A DNA stretch of 63,072 nucleotides, the filler included, from Chiloscyllium plagiosum (lineage: Eukaryota): NCBI RefSeq assembly GCF_004010195.1. It is 3 parts of one record of this genome, joined end to end, with 100 filler letters (N's around TTAATTAATTAA, not from the genome) between each part and the next. Parts side by side here need not be neighbours in the genome. Positions count along the whole stretch, not along the records: positions 25,667 to 56,877 come from NC_057712.1; positions 56,978 to 63,072 come from NC_057712.1; 1 more part is not named here. The stretch is one strand, 5' to 3'. A program made the position numbers and the translations under genes. Below, in pieces: positions 54,705-63,072 of the stretch (positions are counted from its first letter, which is position 1; every line of letters begins with the position of its first letter). Under the pieces are notes generated by a model. The model ran no database searches. It saw nothing but the letters and a program-made list of their open reading frames with translations, and was not told where the DNA came from.

Positions 54705-55590
54705 ATAGAACATAGAACAGTACAACACAGGAATTGGACCGTTCAGCCTACCATGTCTGTGCTGACCATTATGTTATTCTATACTAATCCCATCTGCCAG
54801 CACATTGCACATATCCCTCTAATCCCTGCCTGTTCATGTGTCCGTCTAAATGCCTCTTAAATATTGCTATTGTATCTGCTTCTCCACCTCCCCCAGCAGT
54901 ACATTCCAGGTACCTATCACCCTCTGTGGAAGAAACTGCCTCACACATCTCCTTTAAAATTTTGAGGAGAAAGTGAGGTCTGCAGATGCTGGACATCAGA
55001 GCTGAAAATGTGTTGTTGGAACAGCGCAGCAGGTCAGGCAGCATCCAGGGAACAGGAGAATCGATGTTTCGGGCATAAGCCCTTCTTCAAGAATTTCCCC
55101 TTCTGACCTTAAACTTATACCCCTACTATTTGACATTTCCACCCTGGCGAAAAGACTCAGACTCATGCCTCTCGTAATTTTATGTACTTTCATGAGGTTG
55201 CCTCTCAGTCTCCAACACTCTAATTAAAACAATTCCAATTTGTTCAACTTATCCATTTAACTTATAATTATCCTTATAATTAATACACTCCAGTCCTGGT
55301 AAACCACTTTGCACCCTCTCCAATGCCTCTGCACCCTTCCTATAGTGCAGTGACCACAACTGTATGCAATACTCCAAATATGACCTAAGTAACGTTTTAT
55401 ACAGCTCCAACATATCGTTAATACTCAATGCCCCAACCACTGAAGGCAAACGTTTGCACCCAGCCTTTACCACCTTATCCACTTGTGTTACCATTTTCAG
55501 GGAGCTACGAACTTGCACACCAAGATCTGTCTGTTTCTTAATGCTCCTAAGGATCCTGCTGTTTACTGTATACACTAAATTAAAACCCAA
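54705..55590 (-). mobile_element. CR1-type LINE 3' region carrying a family-A PLE insertion at about 54965-55090
   Basis: LYKTLLRSYLEYCIQLW and FKRHLDGHM, with a (catagaa)n tail. The insert starts gagaaagtgaggtctgcagatgctgg. Confidence 0.85.
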
Positions 55591-56487
55591 TTATGTTATT
55601 TAGGAAGATGTAAAAGATTGCATAGTAATATTTAAAAAGAGTGGGGATTTGTACCACTGACCAACCTTTTTTCCTTACCCAGTGTTATTAAAGAAAGAAC
55701 TCACATTCATCTCATATGCTGCTTCTATTGTGCAAACATGTAACTGCAGGTCATAGGCTGCGAGATACTTTGGGCCAAACTAATGGACAATGTGAAAAGT
55801 GTCGTATAGATTCAAGTTCATTTGTTCTCTTGCCTGTGACAATTTATTGCATATAAATATTCAGATGTAGCAGAAACCATCAACGGGATCTTGATCAGAT
55901 GGGCCAATGGGCTGAGGAGTGGCAGATGGAGTTTAATTTAGATAAATGTGAGGTGCTGCATTTTGGGAAAGTAAATCAGAGCAGGACTTATACACTTAAT
56001 GGGTAAAGTCGTAGGGAGTGTTGCTGAACAAAGAGAGTCTGGAGTGCAGGTTCATAGCTCTTTGAAAGGAGAGTCGCGGGTAGATAGGATAGTGAAGAAG
56101 GCGTTTGGTATGCTTTCCTTTATTGGTCAGAGTATTGAGTACAGGAGTTGGGAGATCACATTGTGGTTGCACAGGACATTGGTTAGACCACTTTTGGAAT
56201 ACTGTGTGCAATTCTTATCGGAAGGATGTCGTGAAACTTGAAAGGGTTCAGAAAACATTTACAAGGATGTTGCCATGATTGGAGGATTTGAGCTATAGGA
56301 AAAGGCTGAATAGGCTGGGGCCGTTTTCCTTGTAGTGTCAGAGGCTGAGGGATGACCTTATAGAGTTTATAAAATTATGAAGGCACGAATAGGATATGAT
56401 TTGGAGATGTCGGTGTTGGACTGGAGTGTACAAAGTTAAAAATCACACAACACCAGGTTATAGTGCAACAGGTTTAACTGGAAGCAC

Positions 56488-56516
56488 TAGCTTTCAGAGC
56501 GACACTCCTTCATCAG
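56488..56516 (-). ncRNA. Minimal hammerhead ribozyme motif, sense to KCNK3 pre-mRNA
   Basis: cac-CTGATGA-A-GGAGT-gtc-GCTCT-GAAAG-CTA-gtg. Stem II is retained through G-U pairs, and stem I is CAC/GTG. Confidence 0.7.
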
Positions 56517-56792
56517 GTGATTGTGGAGGGCTCGATCGTAACACAGAATTTATAGCAAAAATTTGCAGTGTGATGTAACTGAAATTATACGTTGAAAAAT
56601 TGATTGTCTGTTAAGCCTTTCATCTGTTAGAATACAGTGATAGTTTCACTTCTTTCATGTGTAAATCACAAAACTATTCTAACAGATGAAAGGCTTAACA
56701 GACAATCAATTCTTCAATGTATAATTTCAGTTACATCACACTGCAAATTTTTGCTATAAATCTTTGTTACGATCGAGCCCTCCACAATCACC

Positions 56793-56821
56793 CTGATGAA
56801 GGAGCGTCGCTCCGAAAGCTA
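56793..56821 (+). ncRNA. Minimal type-I hammerhead ribozyme motif
   Basis: CTGATGA-A-GGAGC-gtc-GCTCC-GAAAG-CTA: intact catalytic boxes, a 5-bp stem II and a palindromic AGCT in place of stem III. Confidence 0.75.
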
Positions 56822-56877
56822 GTGTACTTCCAATTAAACCTGTTGGACTATAACCTGGTGTTGTGTGATTTTTAACT

Positions 56878-56977
56878 NNNNNNNNNNNNNNNNNNNNNNN
56901 NNNNNNNNNNNNNNNNNNNNNTTAATTAATTAANNNNNNNNNNNNNNNNNNNNNNNNNNNNNNNNNNNNNNNNNNNN
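56878..56977. other. Artificial assembly linker (44 N + TTAATTAATTAA + 44 N)
   Basis: Same 100-nt construct as 25567-25666. Confidence 0.95.
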
Positions 56978-57487
56978 GACCTAAGGGGCAACGTTTTCAT
57001 GCAGAGGGTGATACGGGTATGGAATGAGCTGCCAGAGGATGTGGTGGAGGCTGGTATAATTGCAACTTTTAAGAGGCATTTGGATGGGTATATGAATAGG
57101 AAGGGTTTGGAGGGATATGGGCTGGGTGCGACAGATGGGACTAGATTGGGTTGGGATATCTGGTCGGCATGGACGGGTTGTTGTTCTGTCTCCAATTTTC
57201 AAAATGCCTGCCTTTCTTATATCCCCAACATCGGATCATCTCATTGATTTGATGTTAGCAAAACAATAAATTCAAACTTGATTGACTTTTAGTATCCTGG
57301 GGCATAATTTGAACTGATTGGTTAAATTTGAATTGTTGTCTAAACAGCAACCAACTCAGATATCCATTTCACAGCAAAATGTTACATATTTTCAATTTTC
57401 CAGTATACTCTGAGACTTTCTAGTCAAATCACAGGTGCTTATCAGCTCTCAGTTCAGAAAAGCATTCACTCTCTCTTAAAGGGCTCA

Positions 57488-57613
57488 GGAAGAAGGGCTC
57501 ATGCCCGAAACGTCGATTCTCCTGGTCCTTGGATGCTGCCTGACCTGCTGCGCTTTTCCAGCAACACATTTTCAGCTCTGATCTCCAGCATCTGCAGTCC
57601 TCACTTTCTCCTC
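57488..57613 (+). mobile_element. PLE terminal fragment (family A)
   Basis: gaagaagggctcatgcccgaaacgtcgattctcc...ctccagcatctgcagtcctcactttctcc. Confidence 0.8.
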
Positions 57614-57614
57614 G

Positions 57615-57785
57615 ACAACTTAGCATAGTTCGGCTTCCTCCCACATCTTTAGTCTGTGGGAGGAAGCTGGTGGAAACCTATTTACCCAAGGAGAACATGC
57701 AAAATCCACACAGTCACCTGAGGCTGGAATTGAACCTTGGTATCTGGCATTGTGAAACCACAGTTTTAACCGTTGTGCTGCATTG
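57615..57785 (-). mobile_element. Degenerate HE1-type SINE
   Basis: gagaacatgcaaaatccacacagtcacctgaggctggaattgaacc matches the other copies. Confidence 0.7.
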
Positions 57786-58629
57786 CTTAAAAACTATTTC
57801 AAATTCTTCAATCATACTGTAAATTATATCAACTTGCTGTTTTGCAGTGATTTGCTACCTTTAAGCTCTCTAAATTTCTCTTTGCATTCTTTAAATTATT
57901 TTAAAATTAATTTAATTCTTTATTTCATTGTAATAATGTAATAACTTGGTACTGCTTGCATGAGTGTTCGGTCTTTTTCAAGGGTTCCTTGGCCTTTTTA
58001 ATGAGCAAGATGTTGGCTATCACTTCTAGGTTTCCTTGCCCAGGTGGAGTTTTCCCACTTCTTAGTTTAAAACACCGAGCAGCTTTCTCTCTATGACTTT
58101 CTAAATAAATATCTTGGGCTGTGACCTTTTTGAATCTTCCCGCTGTAATTGCAACTAGAGTATTGAGTACTAGAATTTTATAGTCTTGTATTTGACCTGA
58201 CATTGTGATTCCTGCTAGATATAAGTGACCTATGAACTCTGTTTACACAACCTTTGAGTTGCCTTTTTGGACTTTCCTCTGATGCTCATAAAATTATTCC
58301 CTTTTCCCCTTGGGACCCTTCTGTTGTTTTTTCTAGAGCATCTTTCATTAAAGTATCTACATTTTCTGAGTGAGTATCGATTTTCTCTTTTGTTTTGTAG
58401 CCTACCCTTTAGCTCCAGCAATTTCTTTTACCAGTTTCTGTGTGAAATTTTGCTTCTGAAATACTGAATTTGCATTTGTGTTGATTCCATGGACAGTGCT
58501 GTCTTTCTTTGTCGGGATGGTATTTTTGCTGCTGGCACACTGTGTCTTTTTAAACTGGTAATGTCATTAAAGTGATGATGGATGATTTGATCCACATTCC
58601 ACATAACCACCTCTTACAAAACCACCTCT

Positions 58630-59210
58630 TTCACCCACTTGCTTATTAAGAATCTATCTAGCATTGCTTTAAAAAGATTCAAAGATACTGCTCTGAGGAA
58701 GCCTTTCAAGGAAGAGAGTTCCAAAAACACAACTCTCTGTGAGAAAAAAAACCTCTGCCTGAAATGGTCAATTTTTTAAAATCAGTGATTCCTAGTTCTA
58801 GAATCTCCCAGAAGAGGAGACATTTGTTCCATATCCCCTTGTCAACAGCCTGCAGGATCTTTTAGGTTTCAAACAAATTGTCTCTTATTCTTCTAAACAC
58901 CAACAAATACAAGACCAGCCTGACCAACTTTTCTGCAGAAGGCAACTCACCCTTTCCAGACATTAGTATATTAAGCCTTCTCGGAACTGTTTCCAATGAA
59001 TGTACATCCTTCCATAAATAAGGGGACCAATATTATGCACAGTAGTCGACGTGCAATCTCACCAATTTCCTGTATGCTGAAGTTTATCTTCCCAATTTTG
59101 TATTCAATTCAATTTGTACTAAATGGTGACTATCTTTTCTAATTACAAGCAGTACTTACATACTCACTCAGTTGTGCTTCATGGAATAGGACACCCCAGA
59201 TCCATCTGTG
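58630..59210 (-). mobile_element. Degenerate CR1-type LINE 3' fragment
   Basis: Reverse-strand WNSLP-like and YWSPYLWKD remnants. Confidence 0.6.
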
Positions 59211-60429
59211 TCAGCATATCTTCAAGAAATGCTGATGATATGATCATTGTCAGAATGTGTGGCCTGATGATATGTAAAGGTCTCATAATCCAGCTAACTT
59301 GGTTCACTTGAAGCAAGACATAATACTAGAGGCATGGTGATCAACATTTCTCTATGTAATATAATAGCTAGATGTTACCCCAGACACTGATGTGCCTGAG
59401 AGATGTACTATTTGTGTGTAAAAGCTAGCTGTAATAAACATCTGTTGAATTCTTCAATACCACAATATCCATATTCAATTTCTAATGTTCCCAAGTAAGC
59501 TAACCAGTTGGAGGCAAAATTGTATCACTTTGGGAAAAAATCACTGCTATCTTTGCCTACTTTACAATATTAACAATGAGGAATAATTCTCATACCAGTT
59601 GCTTATCGCAAATACTTGATTTACTCCCAGAAGAGAAAGCACGTGAATACCTGTAAATCACTGGGTGACATTTTCATGGTGCAACTTCTTTGTTTTGTTA
59701 TAATCGCATTTCACTTTATTCTGCTGACATCAGAACTATTCACAAAGGAAACAAACTATTGCGGGAATCTATTATGGAATGCACATTAAAGAAGTTAACA
59801 AAATATGTGGCCTTCTTGGTATACAGTAATTTATCATAAAGTTGCAGTAGAGATATGGCAGGCAGGAAACTGTATCTGTGAAATACAATTAAAACCATAT
59901 TTTACATTGAGATATAGCATTCATAGGAATGTTAAAAAAGTCACAAAAACAATTAGATAAAATTAATGGGATTTTTGAAATAATACATAACAATTCATAC
60001 ATGTAATGTAGTTCTTTGAACTATTTATTTTAGCAGAGGCACATCCTGTGGCTCCAATGCACCACAAAGTTGTTAAGGTAGATTACACACAGCATTAATC
60101 CTTCATGATTAAAATAAAGAACAAGAGAAAACATGTGAGGTTATTGAGTGTTTCAGTATGTAGTGTTTCAGCATTTAAAAACAATATGGAGGGGATTTTT
60201 CCAGTCCAGTTACTAAATGTTTATGATTGTGACAGAAAAGACATAGTCAGTTGAATATTGTTATGTATGACTTATTGCTGGCAAAGAGTTTGAATAGATT
60301 AAGCTGATAACTTAGGGATTCGTAGGTAGAATTCTGTACAGGAAACTGTAAAATTGTGAAAAATATCACACAATGAGATTTGTTTTTTACGTGTGGTTGA
60401 AGGGGAACATGGGAGTAACTAAAAGTCTT

Positions 60430-61900
60430 CCATGTTTGAATAATTTACGAGAATTCTGTGAATATGTAACAAGCAATATGAATGATGATGACCATGCAGA
60501 CATAGTTTATCTGGACTTTCAAAAGGCATTTCATTACATGGTGCACAGAAAGTTAAGACACAATAAGATCACATGTGGTTAGGAGTAGTTTATTGGCTTG
60601 AATAGAGTATTAATCAACTAGAGAAAGTGAGGACTGCAGATGCTGGAGCATCAGAGTTGAGAATGTGGTGCTGGAAAAGTACAAGAGGTCAGGCAGCATC
60701 GGAGGAGCAGGAGAATTGATGAAGGGCTTATGCCCGAAGCGTCGGTTCTCCTGCTCCTCGGATGCTGCCTGACCTCCTGTGCTTTTTCAGCACTACGCTC
60801 TCGACTTGAATAGAGTATTGGCTAATAACAGAAAGTGGAGTTTTGGGATGAGAGGCTTTTTTTTTCTCAATACCAGATATAACTAGTAGGGTTCCACAGG
60901 TTTGATTCTTGGACCCCAACTATTTGCTATCTTTTTAATTGACTTGGATGTCGAGTTAGAGAGTTCTATAGCTAAATTCGCAGCTGACACAAAAGTAAGT
61001 GGGAAACTAAGTTGCAGGGAAAAATCAAGAAATTTACATGTGGAAATGGAGAGGTTAGGTGAATGGGCCAAAATTTGGCAGTTGGAGTTTAAGATGGCTA
61101 AGCATGAGGGTATGCATTTTCATTGAGCAATAGAAAGGCAACTTATTATATAAATGTAGAGAAACTTCAGAGTGTTTCAGTGAAGTGGGATATTTGCGTG
61201 AATAGCAGATAACTAATATGAAGGTACAGCAGGTAACAAGGAAGGCAAATGGAATTTTGGCATTCATTGCAAAAGGAATAGAGTATAAAAGTAGGAAAAT
61301 GTTACTGCAACTGTACAAGGCCTTAGTGAGACCATAAATGAAATATTGGGTACAAGTTTGGACCTCTCACTTGGGGAGGGATGCAGTTGCATTCCAGGCA
61401 GTATTGAGAAGGTTCACGAGACTGATTCCAGAGAGGGTTTTGTCTTCTGAAAAGAAATGGAGTAGTTCGGGCCTATACTGTCTGCAGTTTAGAAGACTGG
61501 GAGGAGATCTAATTGAGGTATATAAGATGCTAAAGGGGATCGACAAAGTAAAGGTAGAGAGGATATTTCCTCATGTCGGTAATCTAGAACGATAGATGAT
61601 AGTTTTCGGATAAGGGATAGCAGATTTCAAACAGAGATGAGGAGAAATTACTTCAGTCAAAGAGTTATAAAGCTGTAGAATTCATTACCCCAGAGTATGC
61701 TGGATGCTTTGACATTGTATAAATTTAAGGAGAAGGTAAATAAATCTTTAATTTATTGAGGGGTTGAAGGATAATGGAGAAAGGGCAGGAAAATGGATTT
61801 GACGCTGAGATGGAATCAGCCCATAGTGTATTAAATGACAGAGCAGGCACAAGGGTCTGAAATGTCTACTCCTGCTCTTAGTTCTTAGTTCTTATGTTCT
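60430..61900 (+). mobile_element. CR1-type LINE RT to 3' tail, carrying a PLE mini-insertion
   Basis: DIVYLDFQKAF, GVPQGLILGPQLF, KFAADTK, LYKALVRP and GDLIEVYKML, with a (ttcttag) tail. Confidence 0.9.
60621..60806. mobile_element. Hairpin PLE mini-element (family A) with a 15-bp flanking duplication
   Basis: Arms of about 60 bp (60654-60715 / 60746-60806) enclose a hammerhead-like loop. The 15-mer cttgaatagagtatt lies at 60597 and 60805. Confidence 0.85.
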
Positions 61901-62399
61901 CATCACTGCAAGTAGGTTCACTTCAGCTATGGCCTTCATGTCTTCACCAATGGTATGTTGGAGATTTCTGACTTCTGATTTCTACTGGAGGTTGGATGGG
62001 GTGGATTTCAAACAGCCAAATAAGTACAGAAACTATTCAGTGACTTGTTGAACTATAATTTACTTTAGACCTTCTCTGTCACTTGAATGTATTTCAGCTT
62101 TAGTGGATGAGTTCCCATCACCATCTTGCAGTAGCCTGTATTTTCTTGTGTTGTTCAGTTTAATGCTTACCTGATTTCATTTTTAAACTACTCCCTACAA
62201 GTAAGCAATTTGATTTGTTTTATTGTAAGATGGACCTATTCCTTATTTCTTTCTCATTCTTAATGACTCTTCTTTTTTTGCAATCTTTAAACATCTTCTT
62301 GGGTTTGGACCAACTCTTCTGTCACTGTTTTTAGTGCAACGTATATAATCTATACTTCCCATTGAGTTTGCACTGACCCTCAGAATGGTATTCCAAATA

Positions 62400-62660
62400 G
62401 ACCTACACCATCACAGTAACCCTGCTGCTGCCATGGCTAATCCACCTCGCCTACAAAACTCTGGACATTACGGGACAATTTAGCATGGTCAATTCATTGA
62501 TCCTGCACATCTTTGGAATGTAGGAGGAAACCGGAGCACCCAGAGGAAACTCGCGCAAACACCGGAAGAATTTGCAAACTCCACAGACATTTGCTCAAGG
62601 ATGAAATCCAGCCCAGGTCCCTGGTGCTGTGAGGCCACAGTGCTAACCACTGTGCTACCC
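62400..62660 (-). mobile_element. HE1-type SINE
   Basis: Head gggtagcacagtggttagcactgtggcctcacagcaccagggacc plus the V-domain. Confidence 0.85.
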
Positions 62661-62944
62661 AAACAGAAAGGGTCTCTGCAGTTCTGAGGTTGAGGTGAAG
62701 CTTCGCTTTGCTCTTGTGTTACATCCGAAATAGTATGTCAGATATGGACACAGGTTATCCGATACAGGACACTATTCCATTCTAGGGTAGTAAATGTTAT
62801 TTTATGAACTGACAATATCTATCGGAACTCTTATTGTGGGCTAATCCAGAACTGGTCATGCAAGATATTGGTGATAATTTTGCTTGTGGAAGTCAAAAAC
62901 AATTGTTCTATGTCACTATTCTATGAAGAGCAATTTTTGGATTA

Positions 62945-63072
62945 GTGGTGCTGGAAGAGCACAGCAGTCCAGGCAGCATCCGAAGAGCAGCAAAATCGAT
63001 GTTTCGGACAAAGGCCCTTCATCAGGAATAAAGGCAGTGAGCCTGAAGCGTGGAGAGATAAGCGAGAGGAGG
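62945..63072 (-). mobile_element. PLE terminal repeat (family A) with a hammerhead core, running off the window
   Basis: Minus strand 62998-63025 reads CTGATGA-A-GGGC-cttt-GTCC-GAAAC-ATC. Confidence 0.8.

Larger units (their letters stand above)
56396..56877. mobile_element. Fold-back PLE element (family B) with arms of about 200 bp
   Basis: 56434-56634 and 56676-56877 are near-perfect inverted repeats, and each arm carries a hammerhead-like core. Confidence 0.9.
55875..57180 (+). mobile_element. CR1-type LINE 3' region split by a PLE fold-back and a gap
   Basis: WQMEFNLDKCEVLHFG and RTLVRPLLEYCVQF. It resumes after the gap with QRVIRVWNELPE...FKRHLDGYM. Confidence 0.9.

Overview
This is AT-rich, repeat-dense vertebrate DNA. 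It is most likely from a shark or other elasmobranch, judged from HE1-type V-SINEs, SacSINE1-like Deu-SINEs and CR1-type LINEs. The only confidently identified gene is the last coding exon of the two-pore K+ channel KCNK3/TASK-1 (minus strand, 51766-52610); its first exon lies beyond the right edge. The rest is mostly layered retroelements, a G-rich minisatellite, a small TIR element and assembly gaps, including two artificial linkers. Two signals stand out. (1) About a dozen minimal hammerhead-ribozyme-like cores belong to roughly four Penelope-like (PLE) families, several in short fold-back mini-elements with 10-17 bp flanking duplications and some inside the KCNK3 intron. (2) A speculative minus-strand gene or pseudogene lies downstream of KCNK3, with a CpG-containing promoter-like patch and phase-compatible exons giving a 145-aa peptide ending in a CaaX motif. 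Repeat boundaries were read by eye and are approximate; family names come from motif recognition, not database searches.
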